In this document: in pieces, positions 48,501-57,242 of the stretch
Layout: each line of letters starts with the position of its first letter
Numbering within the stretch: position 1 is the stretch's first letter
Source of the DNA: Planctomycetota bacterium
GTDB taxonomy: Bacteria > Planctomycetota > UBA8108 > SXIK01
Direction of reading: 5' to 3'
Assembly: GCA_965223845.1 (NCBI GenBank)
Contig: CBDCXR010000004.1
Coordinates: forward strand, 5,088,001 to 5,152,000
Length of the DNA stretch: 64,000 nucleotides
Made by a program: the position numbers and the translations under genes
Notes under the pieces: model-generated
The model's database searches: none
What the model was told of the DNA's origin: nothing
Seen by the model: only the letters and a program-made list of their open reading frames with translations

Positions 48501-48672
48501 AGTCGACACAGATCGGACGGAGGACGAGAGGCGGCGGCGCGACGAGCGTCAGCTCGAAACCATCGGGAATCCGAAACGATCGGCTCCCGACGCGCACGGT
48601 GTCGGCTGAAAGAGGCACATGGAGGAGGGCGAACAACGAGGCAGCGAGCAACGAGCAGCGTCCGAACAACAT
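45586..48672 (-). CDS. PVC-type membrane-bound dehydrogenase-like propeller + HEAT repeats + c-type heme domain
   Basis: FRIPDGFELTLVA, DFDEEGRLYV, DRDGDGVFD, GMDNP, DFHPTD..DGSLLVVD; HEAT block; GDVRRGQAVF..CAACH..GPDLT..LLESLVFPS, SLMPSGL. Confidence 0.9.
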   Translation of the reverse strand: MLFGRCSLLAASLFALLHVPLSADTVRVGSRSFRIPDGFELTLVAPPPLVLRPICVDFDEEGRLYVADSAGVNDKVVKQLEDRPHRILRIEDRDGDGVFDASHVFADRMMFPEGTLWHDGSLYVAAPPSIWKLTDTDGDGVSDRREEWLSQTLTGCANDLHGPYLGRDGWIYWCKGAFAKQEYARANGAPFVTRAAHIFRRRPEGGEIEPVMTGGMDNPVEVVFTPAGERIFSTTFFQHPGGGKRDGLVHAIYGGVYGKRHGVIDEHPRTGDVMPVLSHLGPAAPCGLAFYESTGLGEDYRGNLFTCLFNLHKVTRHELAPNGASFTSRDSDLISSTDVDFHPTDVIEDADGSLLVVDTGGWYKICCPTSQLFKPDVLGAIYRLRRKGAAVVDDARGLTIDWDRATNDALVERLEDVRPRVRSRAIETLGRRGSEAVPALGRVLSRPSSAEAKRNAVWTLARIEGEAARGAVRRALADEEASVRQVAAHVSGLVRDGEASPSLVRLLADAPAVSRSAAEALGRIGDSAAVAPLLRAAGRTTDRILAHSLAFALIEIDDATATRRGLASESAGARVATLIAVDQMRSGGWDPRVVCELLDANDKTVRETAEWIVGRRPEWGGDVAKAIERALLAPDATDESFAALRRVAAGLLASTDIQSTLAKLVESEIRVEWRRSLLALFASSGFKDAPAVWARALGQVLKREPALEAEAVAAARRLPNAAKADPSLRGGLLAIASDNDRPKGARLRSLAAASVEALDGRFFSLALEGLGASARDERSSATDALATAELTAPQTRRAIAALETVGPLEITSVVEAVGHVDNEELGASVVTSLSRAPAKTALRRESFSKWLEGRPATVRAAGARFLATLDVDADARRTRLDELLSALPDGDVRRGQAVFRSEKTACAACHAIGYLGGKIGPDLTRIGTIRSERDLLESLVFPSASIARSYESIDALTTGGETFTGIVRSESARELHLITGADTEVRIPAGEVAEIAPSAVSLMPSGLADQLTPAELADLLAFLRATRW

Positions 48673-48779
48673 GCAATCCTCTCGCTCCGGTCCCGTCTCC
48701 CCACTACTTCAGCTTATTCGTCTTCCTTCGCGACCCTCGTGCGAATTCCCCTTCACAGTCGTCACGAGCGTCCGAGACT

Positions 48780-51227
48780 TCAAAACTCGCGCAGACGAGA
48801 CGACGCCTTCACCGCAGCCTCGATCTTCTTGAGCGACTCTTCCGCCGCCGATCGAAGTCGCCAGTGCGTCTTGTCGTTTTGGACGATCTTCCGGAGCACC
48901 TCGACTGCAGGAACGGATTCGGCGCCGAGCTCGCCGAGCCGCCGAGCCGCGAGTCCCTTGACGAACGGGTGCTCGTGATCGAGCGCTTTCACGAGAAGCG
49001 GAACGGAGCGAGGGCCGATCTTCCGTAGCGCCTCGAATGCCGCTCGACGCTCGTAGCGACTCTCGAGGAGATCGAAGAGGATCGGGACGGCGATCTGAGC
49101 GTCGTCGCCGAGATCCCCAAGCGCCTCGATGGACGCGTTGCGAACGCCTGGGCTGTCGTCACGGAGGCATTCCGTCAGGATCTCCGCGACCGCTTTTGGG
49201 TCGGGGTGGATCGCGGCGATCGCCTTCGCTGCGGCTGCACGCACCTCGGCGTCCTTGGCGCGCAGAGCTTCGCGGGCCTGCTCGCTCGCGTTCGCGCCTG
49301 CAGCGCCGATCTTCGTCAGCGCGGAGAGCGACGCGAGGCGCATCTCCGATGAATCCCCGCTCGCGGCAACGCGGCCGAGCGCCGGTGAAGCGTCCCCCGC
49401 GCCGGGCCCGATCGCGCCGATCGCATCGACGGCGGCTAGTCGAAGCTCGGCGGCCGCGACTCCGCTCGGATTCTCTTCGACGATTCGAACGAGCGACGGG
49501 ACGGCCTCGGCGGCACTCGACCCGATCGCTCGAATCGTTCCCACCGCCTCGACGCGCAACTCGTCCGACTCTTCGCTGAGAAGCGCGGCGATTCCCTTCG
49601 TAGCATGGCCGGCGGCTGAACCGACGCGGCGCGCCGCTCGGAGAGCCGCGAGACGGACCTCTCGTTCGCTCGATCCGAGCGCCTCGGCGATCGCCCGCGT
49701 GATCTCGCGCGGATCTCCACCGTGCGCCGCGAGGGCTTCGAGAGCGGCAGCGCGAACGAACGCATCGGGATCTCGCGCACAGGAGGAGAGCGCGTCGCGA
49801 AACGCGCTCGCGGTCTCTTGATCGACGGAAGCGGCCGCACGCGCAGCACTCGCACGCACTCGCGCATCCGAGTCCGCGAGCGCCTCGGTGAACGCCTGCT
49901 CGACCGGCGCACCGCTTTCCGCGAGCACGCCGAGCGTGCTCACCGCCCCCGCGCGCACCGCCGGCGAAGCGTGCCCGATCGCCGCGAACACCTCGTTCTG
50001 AGCGCGAAGCGCCGCTCGGGCGAGACTCGCCTCGAGTGCTTCGCGCGCCGGCCCGCGAAGCGCATCGTCCTCGAGCGCACCGAGAATGCTCGGAACGGCA
50101 TCTTCGCTCCGAGCGAGCGCCCCGGCGAGATCGCGCCGAACCACGTCGTCGCGCGCTCCCCGAATGGCCGTCACGAGGGTCGCACTCGAAAGACCGCTTC
50201 GCGCACCGATTCGAGCGATGACCGACGCGACCGACCGCGCCGCTGCGGTGTCGTCGCTCTCGAGCACGGGAATCAAATCGGGAAGCACTCGTTCGCGGAG
50301 CGCGGAAACCTTGATCACCGCGATCTCCGCGGCCGAGCGAACGCCGGCATCGGCGTCAGCAAGGGCCGGGCCGACGAGCGACGCGTAATCGTCCACCGGC
50401 GCGTCGGTCTTGCGAAGCGACCCGAGCGCGGCCGCCCGGAGCGACGGCGTCGTCGAACGCGCGAACGCGAGCAGCTCGGCGGCCGCTCCACGCGCGTCCG
50501 GCCCGAGCTCGCCGAGCGCGGCGATGAGTCCGAGCGTTCGGTGCTCGCTCGATGCGGACGCGTCTCCGTTGGCACGCTCACGCGCACTCGAGAGTTGCGC
50601 GACAAGCGGCGGGACGGCGTTCGCCCCGAAGCTCACGAGCGCCTCACCGGCTCTCCGGCGGACTTCGACACTCTCGTCGCCGAGACAGTAGACGAGCTCG
50701 GGGAGTGCGTCGATTCCGGCTTCACCGACCCACGAAAACGCGAGCGCCGCGCCGGCTCGAGTGCTCGCGCTCTCAGAAGCGAGCCGCTCCGTGAGCTCGG
50801 CCACCGATGCCGAACCGATCCGGCCGAGTGCGTAGGCCGCGCGGTACACCCTCTGCCCCCCGCGACGCGAGCCCGCGCCGAGCTGCTCCGAGAGCGCCGC
50901 GACGGCGTTCTTCGCTCGGGGTCCGAACCGGGCGAGCGCAGTGATCGACTGAAACCAAACCTGCTGGTCGGAGTCGCCGAGAGCGCGCGCGAGGGCATCG
51001 ACGGTCTCGTCGATACGCTCCGCTCCCAGACGCTCTACTTCCGCGGCATCCAACTGCGCGATCTGGTACGCCGCCTCGCGCCGCGTCCCGAGATCGGGAT
51101 GAGAAAGCTCGCGCGTCCAGCGATCGAGCGGCGAATCCTTCTCGGCGTCCTCGGGACTCGCCGCGGCGACGCCGGCTCGGGCGACGACGGCGAACGCAAC
51201 CAGGCAGAAGAGTCGTCGGCTTTTCAT
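48780..51227 (-). CDS. Secreted HEAT-repeat protein
   Basis: Signal peptide; many LxDxDxxVRxxAAxALG-type repeats. Confidence 0.85.
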   Translation of the reverse strand: MKSRRLFCLVAFAVVARAGVAAASPEDAEKDSPLDRWTRELSHPDLGTRREAAYQIAQLDAAEVERLGAERIDETVDALARALGDSDQQVWFQSITALARFGPRAKNAVAALSEQLGAGSRRGGQRVYRAAYALGRIGSASVAELTERLASESASTRAGAALAFSWVGEAGIDALPELVYCLGDESVEVRRRAGEALVSFGANAVPPLVAQLSSARERANGDASASSEHRTLGLIAALGELGPDARGAAAELLAFARSTTPSLRAAALGSLRKTDAPVDDYASLVGPALADADAGVRSAAEIAVIKVSALRERVLPDLIPVLESDDTAAARSVASVIARIGARSGLSSATLVTAIRGARDDVVRRDLAGALARSEDAVPSILGALEDDALRGPAREALEASLARAALRAQNEVFAAIGHASPAVRAGAVSTLGVLAESGAPVEQAFTEALADSDARVRASAARAAASVDQETASAFRDALSSCARDPDAFVRAAALEALAAHGGDPREITRAIAEALGSSEREVRLAALRAARRVGSAAGHATKGIAALLSEESDELRVEAVGTIRAIGSSAAEAVPSLVRIVEENPSGVAAAELRLAAVDAIGAIGPGAGDASPALGRVAASGDSSEMRLASLSALTKIGAAGANASEQAREALRAKDAEVRAAAAKAIAAIHPDPKAVAEILTECLRDDSPGVRNASIEALGDLGDDAQIAVPILFDLLESRYERRAAFEALRKIGPRSVPLLVKALDHEHPFVKGLAARRLGELGAESVPAVEVLRKIVQNDKTHWRLRSAAEESLKKIEAAVKASSRLREF

Positions 51228-51270
51228 CGATAGAACTCTGTCTCTCCGCCGACGCGGGCTGCGGAGTCTC

Positions 51271-52650
51271 TCACATCGTCAAGTAGCGAAGCGAACCCGT
51301 GCTGTCGCCGAACGACTCGACCGGAGCGCCGGCGCGCTCGAGCATCGACACGAAAAGATTGCAGACGGGCGTCTCGTGCGAGTAGCTGATGTGCCGGCCG
51401 GTATCGATGGTCCCGCCGCCTCCGCCCGCGAGGACGATCGGCAAATTCTCGTTGTTGTGGCGGTTGCCGTCGCTGAGCCCACTTCCGTAGACGATCATCG
51501 AGTTGTCGAGAAGCGTGCCGTCGCCCTCGGGGATCGACTTCAGACGCTCGAGGAAGTAGGCGAGCTGCTCGACGTGGAAGCGATTGATCTCGCGGATCTT
51601 CGCGTGATTCTCGGGGCGTCCCTGGTGGTGGGAGAGTTGATGGTGCCCTTCGGAAACGCCGACTTGGCGGTAGCTCCGATTGCTTCCCGCGCTCGCGAAC
51701 ATGAACGTCGACACGCGAGTGACGTCGCCCTGGAACGCGAGGACCATCATGTCGAGGAGAAGACGCAGATGCTCTTCGTACTCGAGGCTCTCACCCGCCG
51801 TGCTCGGGAGCCCGCTCGGCTCGACGAGCTCGCCATCGATCTTGACGGCGGAATCGAGTCGGCGCTCGATCTCGCGGACTCCCGTTAGATACTCTTCGAT
51901 CTTTCGTCCGTCGGTAGCGCCGAGGCGGGCCTTCAAGCGGCGCGCGTCATCGAGAACGAAATCGAGAATGCTGAGGCGCTGCGCCTCGCGACGTTTCTTC
52001 GATTTGTCGACGTCGCGCGCGATGTCCCCCGCGAAGAGCCGGTCGAACACGCGGCGCGGGTCGAGCTCCTTCGCCATCGGCGTCGTCGGAGAACGCCACG
52101 AGATGTTGTGTGAATAGGCGCAGCTATACCCCGAATCGCAATTCCCCGCGTTGCGTCCGCCTTCAGCCGCGAGCTCGAGCGACGAAAAGCGCGTCGCTTT
52201 TCCGATGCGTGCGGCTGCGACCTGGTCGACCGAGACGCCGACGCGGATGTTCGCGCCCGAGGTCTTGATCGGTTGAGCTCCCGTAAGAAATACGGACGCC
52301 GAGCGCGCGTGGTCCCCCGCGCCGTCGCCGTTCGCGCGCCCCTTGTCGTGAGTGAGTCCGCTCAGAACGAGAATGTCGTCCTTCACGCTGCTCAGCGGCT
52401 TCAGGATGAAGGGGAGCTCGTAGCGCGATCCTTCTGCGGTCGGAGTCCAATCCGGCATGTGCGCGCCGTTCGGGACGAAGATGTAACCCATGCGGACCGG
52501 CGGCTTCGCGGAGCGCTTCGCCGACGATCCGAGTCCGCCCGCGAGAGCGGTCGCCGGCACCATCGCTTCGAGGAAGGGAAGCGCCACCGCGGTTCCGACT
52601 CCCCGGAGCACCGCCCGCCGCGAGATCGTTCCGTCGCTGCTCGTCGTCAT
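51271..52650 (-). CDS. DUF1552 family protein (Tat-exported)
   Basis: ATG 52650 overlaps the upstream TGA (ATGA); SRRAVLRGVGTAVALPFLEAM, VPNG, SVDQVAA, CDSGYSCAY, HHQLSHH, TLLDNS..GSGLSDGNRH. Confidence 0.92.
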   Translation of the reverse strand: MTTSSDGTISRRAVLRGVGTAVALPFLEAMVPATALAGGLGSSAKRSAKPPVRMGYIFVPNGAHMPDWTPTAEGSRYELPFILKPLSSVKDDILVLSGLTHDKGRANGDGAGDHARSASVFLTGAQPIKTSGANIRVGVSVDQVAAARIGKATRFSSLELAAEGGRNAGNCDSGYSCAYSHNISWRSPTTPMAKELDPRRVFDRLFAGDIARDVDKSKKRREAQRLSILDFVLDDARRLKARLGATDGRKIEEYLTGVREIERRLDSAVKIDGELVEPSGLPSTAGESLEYEEHLRLLLDMMVLAFQGDVTRVSTFMFASAGSNRSYRQVGVSEGHHQLSHHQGRPENHAKIREINRFHVEQLAYFLERLKSIPEGDGTLLDNSMIVYGSGLSDGNRHNNENLPIVLAGGGGGTIDTGRHISYSHETPVCNLFVSMLERAGAPVESFGDSTGSLRYLTM

Positions 52651-55028
52651 CGTTCTGCTCCTTCCCCCCGGCGCATCCTGAACGGAGCGGACCGGACAAC
52701 TCCGTGAATCATGGTCGTCAGCTTGTAGTCGTCTCGGGCGGCCGCTTCGACGATGGCGTCCACCGCGCACTTGTCATAATACTCGAGCCCGCGCCCGATG
52801 GCGTAGGTGAGAAGCTTCTCCGCGAGCGCCTCGGCGAAGCGGTTCGCGTCCTCGAGGAGGATTTTCTTGAGCCCCTCTGGGCCATCGAACTTCCGGCCAC
52901 TCGGGAGCTCGCCGGACGCGTCGATGAGAAACGTCCCATCGAATTCGCGCCACGCGCCGATGCCGTCGTAGTTCTCGAACGCGAAGCCGAGCGGATCCAT
53001 CTTGCGATGGCACTGCGCGCAACTCGGGTCCTCGCGGTGCTTTTCCAAGCGTTCGCGAAGCGAACCGGAGAGAATCGCTTCCTGCTCTTCGCTGAGATCG
53101 CTCACGCCGGGTGGCGGCGGTGGCGGCGGCGCCGCGAGGATCTCTTCGAGAATCCAGAGGCCGCGCTTCACGGGCGACGTGCGCGTCGGATTCGACGTCA
53201 GCGTGAGGATACTCGCTTGCGTGAGGAGACCGCCGCGGTCCCCGGCATCCACGCGGCGGAATTGAGGGCCCTCGACATCCTCCATGCGGTAGTGCCGAGC
53301 GAGTCGCTCGTTCACGAACGTGTAGTCTGCATCGATGAAGTCGAGGATGCTGCGGTTCTCGCGCAATACGTACGCAAAAAACGTCTCCGTCTCGGTGCGC
53401 ATCGCGTCGCGCAGCTCCTCGTCGAACGAGGGGAAGGCCTCGCGGTCGGGCTCGACGCCGGCGAGCTGGCGCGTCTTGAGCCACTGACCGGCGAAGTTCT
53501 CGACGAACGCGCGCGCCTTCGGATCCGCGAGCATGCGATCAATTTGCGCGCGGAGAATCGCGTCCTCGGAGAGACGGCCGTCTTCCGCGAGGCCAAACAG
53601 CTCGGCGTCGGGCATGCTGCTCCAGAGAAAGTAGGAGAGCCGCGACGCGAGCTCCCAGTCGCTCACCGGCCCAATCTCGGCCGCGTCGCTTGGGTTCGGA
53701 TGGAGCTCCACGCGGAAGAGGAAGTGCGGTGAGACGAGAACGGCCCCGAGCCCGACGCGGATCGCTTCCTCGAACGGTGCCCGCTCCTCCACCGCATTCG
53801 TGACGAGCTCGACGAGTCGATTGAGCTCGGCGTCTCTGAGCGGCCGACGGTAGGCTCGCCGGCCGAACGCGGCCAGGATTTCTCGTGAGGCGCGCGCGAC
53901 ATCGTGCTTCGAGTCCGGGCGCGCGATGAGTACGGGCGGCGGGCCGTCGACCGTCTGCTTCGCGGGGACGACGTCGACCCAATCGAAGAAAAAGTTTCGG
54001 TCACCGCGGAGCGCCGGATCCGGGTGGCGGTCGTTGACGTAGTTGTTGACGTACGCGACGCCGATGCGATTCTTCCCCCGTTCGACGCGCGTTCGCGCCG
54101 TGTAGACGCGCGGGCTGTCCTCCTCCGCGGCGACGTCGACCACACGGACGTCCTTTCCGCCCAAGCGTATCGCCATGCGCGCGACTTCGGGCCCCGCCTG
54201 CTGCGCAAAGGCGCGGACGCGAAAGACGAACTCACCCGCGTGCGGAAACTCGTACTCGGTGAACGCCTCACCCGTTCGATAGAGCCCGAGAAATCCACCG
54301 GCGAACGGCTGCGCGGCGGCGTCGTTTTCCGCGTCCCACGCCTCGGCCTCGAGTCGCACGCTTCGATCCGGGCGCTGGCGCTCTCGCTCGAGCGCGACGT
54401 CGAGCACGGACTCCGCGGCGTCGAGGTACTTCTCGAAGAGGAGCGGCGGCATCGAGAGGACGTCGCCGATGTTGTCGAAACCGTAGCCGACGTCGTCGGC
54501 GGGAAACTGATCGCCGGGACGAACGTCGACGCCGAGGAGATCTCGTACCGTGTTGTTGTACTCCGCGCGATTGAGGCGGCGAATCGTGACGCGACCGGGG
54601 TCGACCTCACCCGAGCAGTCGTAGCTCTCGAGCTGGTGGTGAATCCACGCGCTGATCGCCTGGCGCTCGGCTTCGTCGGGCTGCCGCTTGTCCGAGGGTG
54701 GCATCTCGCGCTGAACGAGCATGTCGAGCACCTTCTCCCACGTCTTCCGATCCTTGAGGACGGAGTCGGGGCTCGTGTAGATGCTCAGGTTCAGCTTCGC
54801 CGTCTGCTTCCGCCGGCCGTGACAGCTCGTACAGTAGCGGCGGAAGAACGGGCGGACGTCGCGCTCGAAGTCGAGCGTCTCGCCCGCGGCGGCGGTGGCC
54901 GGACGAGCCTCCTCGCCGCTCGGAGTCGGCGGATCGTCCGCCGCGAGCGCGAGACTCGGGCCACGGAGTCCCGGGAGACCGACTAAAATCGCGGCGAGGA
55001 CGGCCGCGACGGGGGCGCGCGCGTTCAC
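52647..55028 (-). CDS. Planctomycete cytochrome c / DUF1587-1595-1592-1588-1585 protein
   Basis: GTG 55028 followed by a signal peptide; CTSCHG..EMPP, RRLNRAEYNNTVRDL, ELASRLSYFLWSSMPD, NFAGQWL, RTSPVKRGLW, CAQCHRKMDPLGF. Start is an estimate within the 52647..55148 ORF. Confidence 0.9.
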   Translation of the reverse strand: MNARAPVAAVLAAILVGLPGLRGPSLALAADDPPTPSGEEARPATAAAGETLDFERDVRPFFRRYCTSCHGRRKQTAKLNLSIYTSPDSVLKDRKTWEKVLDMLVQREMPPSDKRQPDEAERQAISAWIHHQLESYDCSGEVDPGRVTIRRLNRAEYNNTVRDLLGVDVRPGDQFPADDVGYGFDNIGDVLSMPPLLFEKYLDAAESVLDVALERERQRPDRSVRLEAEAWDAENDAAAQPFAGGFLGLYRTGEAFTEYEFPHAGEFVFRVRAFAQQAGPEVARMAIRLGGKDVRVVDVAAEEDSPRVYTARTRVERGKNRIGVAYVNNYVNDRHPDPALRGDRNFFFDWVDVVPAKQTVDGPPPVLIARPDSKHDVARASREILAAFGRRAYRRPLRDAELNRLVELVTNAVEERAPFEEAIRVGLGAVLVSPHFLFRVELHPNPSDAAEIGPVSDWELASRLSYFLWSSMPDAELFGLAEDGRLSEDAILRAQIDRMLADPKARAFVENFAGQWLKTRQLAGVEPDREAFPSFDEELRDAMRTETETFFAYVLRENRSILDFIDADYTFVNERLARHYRMEDVEGPQFRRVDAGDRGGLLTQASILTLTSNPTRTSPVKRGLWILEEILAAPPPPPPPGVSDLSEEQEAILSGSLRERLEKHREDPSCAQCHRKMDPLGFAFENYDGIGAWREFDGTFLIDASGELPSGRKFDGPEGLKKILLEDANRFAEALAEKLLTYAIGRGLEYYDKCAVDAIVEAAARDDYKLTTMIHGVVRSAPFRMRRGEGAER

Positions 55029-55240
55029 GTAAAACCTTTCGCAGCAATATCCTGTGCGGCCAATGATCGTAACGGCCGGGCGCTCCATTTTGGAGGAGAA
55101 GCTCCGCGGATCTTTGACGACAATCGCGGGCCGCGGGCGTCCACGCACCGTCCGCGGAGCGCGGGCTCAGCACCCCGCACGCCGCTCGGTTCGGACGGAG
55201 CGCGCTCGGCTCGTCGCAAGACCTTGCCTCTCGGCTCTTT

Positions 55241-56152
55241 ATGAAACCCCTCCCGCCCCGGAAAGTTCTCCTCACCGGCGTCACCTCCATCCATGGTTGG
55301 CCGATGTTTTCGGCCCTTCACGACCGCGCTCCTGGCTCCGTGCTCGGCATTCGACCGCCGGGGACGGCAGCTCCGGACGGTGAAGACGTACGCGAGGCGT
55401 GCGTCACGGACGAAAACGCGTTGCGCAGACTTCGCGACGAGTTCGCTCCCGACGTCGTGATCCACGCCGGCGGCGTCTGCGATCTCGACGTCTGCGAAGC
55501 GCGCCCGCGGTGGGCGGAAGAGCTCAACGTCGGCGGTACGCGAACGGCCGCACGAGTCTTTCGCGACGTCGAGCTGTTCGTTTACTGCAGCACGGACCTC
55601 GTCTACAGCGGACGGCGACCGCCCCCGAACGGATATCGAGAGAAGGATCCCGTCGACCCGATCAGCGTCGTCGGTCGAACCTACGCGCGAGCCGAGCGCG
55701 AGGCGAGCACCGTCAGCCGCCATCTCATCCTTCGTCTCGGCCTTCCGCTCGGCGCGTCGATTCAGGGCGACAAGGGCGCGGTCGACTGGATCGAGAGCCG
55801 ATTTCGAAGGCGACTCCGAGCGACGCTCTTCTACGACGAGGTGCGGAGCGCGATCCCTTGCGACGAACTCGCCCGTGCGGCGCTCGAGATCGTCGATCGA
55901 ATCGACGAAGCGCCGCGAGGCGTGCGGCATCTCGGCGGCGAGCGCGGGATGAGCATCTACGACATCGGCCGAGACGTCCTCGAACGCGGCGGATACGACC
56001 CCGCGCTTCTCGAACGTCGTTCGCGGCTCGACGAGATCGACGGCCCACCGCGGATCGGAGATGTGCGGCTCGATTCGTCGGCGTTTCGTCGTTGGTCGTC
56101 GGATCTGGAACTAGCCCGAGTTAGGTCGCGCACCGCCGAGGAGTTACATTGA
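55241..56152 (+). CDS. RmlD-like extended SDR / sugar-nucleotide-binding protein (atypical motifs)
   Basis: KVLLTG, PDVVIHAGG..DVCE, LNVGGT, STDLVYSG, YREKDPVDP, LFYDEVRS, HLGG..SIYD follow the RmlD layout. Confidence 0.8.
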   Translation: MKPLPPRKVLLTGVTSIHGWPMFSALHDRAPGSVLGIRPPGTAAPDGEDVREACVTDENALRRLRDEFAPDVVIHAGGVCDLDVCEARPRWAEELNVGGTRTAARVFRDVELFVYCSTDLVYSGRRPPPNGYREKDPVDPISVVGRTYARAEREASTVSRHLILRLGLPLGASIQGDKGAVDWIESRFRRRLRATLFYDEVRSAIPCDELARAALEIVDRIDEAPRGVRHLGGERGMSIYDIGRDVLERGGYDPALLERRSRLDEIDGPPRIGDVRLDSSAFRRWSSDLELARVRSRTAEELH

Positions 56153-56156
56153 ATCC

Positions 56157-56651
56157 ATGAAACTGTTCGCCCTCGTCGCCTGCATGTTTCTATCCGCCGC
56201 CTGCTGGCGGCGCGCGCCGCTGCCACCGAGCGCGTTCGCCCGGGATCTACCGCTTATCGATGGGCTCGAGTACGCCAGCAGCGCGATCGCCGGCGTCGAG
56301 ATGGGCGGGTCTCAATTGCGAAGCTCAACCAACACCAGCGGAACGGGAATGGGAACCATCACCGGGCGAACGATTGTCGCATCGCTCCATTGCCCGGCGG
56401 AAAAGCGAGGCGAGTTCGTCCGCGCGCTCGCGCAGTTCTTTCGGGACGAGATCGAAGCTGCCGGGGGATTTCTCAAGGAAATCCCACGGGGCGCGGTTGT
56501 TCGCGACGGAGCGTGGTTCGATCTCGAATACGGCATTAAGCCCGATGGGGCCGCGGGCAAGATCAGCGTCCGTTTCTCCGACGAGGATGCCGGAGATTCG
56601 CGGTTTTCTCACCGCGTCGTACTCGTCTTTCACGAGAGCGTCGAGCACTGA
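56157..56651 (+). CDS. Hypothetical lipoprotein, paralog 1
   Basis: MKLF..LSAAC lipobox; shares HCPAEKR.EFVRA.AQ.FR.EIE.AGGFL.EIP with the next gene. Confidence 0.8.
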   Translation: MKLFALVACMFLSAACWRRAPLPPSAFARDLPLIDGLEYASSAIAGVEMGGSQLRSSTNTSGTGMGTITGRTIVASLHCPAEKRGEFVRALAQFFRDEIEAAGGFLKEIPRGAVVRDGAWFDLEYGIKPDGAAGKISVRFSDEDAGDSRFSHRVVLVFHESVEH

Positions 56652-56710
56652 GCTCGGCTCGTCCCGAACGCGACCTCGGTGGCACTCGACCCCACAGCTA
56701 GACTGGCCCC

Positions 56711-57208
56711 ATGAAGCTGAAGCTGCTCTTTCTCACGACCTGCGTTCTTCTCTCGGCCGCCTGCTCGCGGCGCCCGCCGCTTTCACCGAGCTCGTTCGCG
56801 GAGAGTCCTCTACTCTACGAGGCGCTCGAGGACGCCGCCGACGGGATCGATGGCATCCGATTCGGCGGAAGCCAGTCGGGAAGCTCGAGCGGCAGCCGAG
56901 GTGTCGATCAGGAAACCGTCACGGAGAGAGCGATCGTCGCGGCGATCCACTGCCCAGCGGAGAAGCGGAACGAGTTCGTGCGCGCCGTGGCGCAGTCCTT
57001 CCGGGAAGAAATCGAGCTGGCCGGGGGGTTCCTCGAGGAGATCCCACCGGGCGCCGACTTGAGCAACGGCGAGAAGATCGAGCTCAAATACGGCATCGAA
57101 ATCGACAACGCCGAGGGCAAGATCAGGATCCGTATCTCGGACGCAGATGCGAGCTCATCGTTTCCTCACCTGGTCGGCGTCGAGTTGGTGGAGACGGTCA
57201 CGTACTGA
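56711..57208 (+). CDS. Hypothetical lipoprotein, paralog 2
   Basis: MKLKL..LSAAC lipobox; colinear with 56157..56651. Confidence 0.8.
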   Translation: MKLKLLFLTTCVLLSAACSRRPPLSPSSFAESPLLYEALEDAADGIDGIRFGGSQSGSSSGSRGVDQETVTERAIVAAIHCPAEKRNEFVRAVAQSFREEIELAGGFLEEIPPGADLSNGEKIELKYGIEIDNAEGKIRIRISDADASSSFPHLVGVELVETVTY

Positions 57209-57242
57209 GCCCCATCGAACTCTCGAGGGGAACGTTCGGGCT

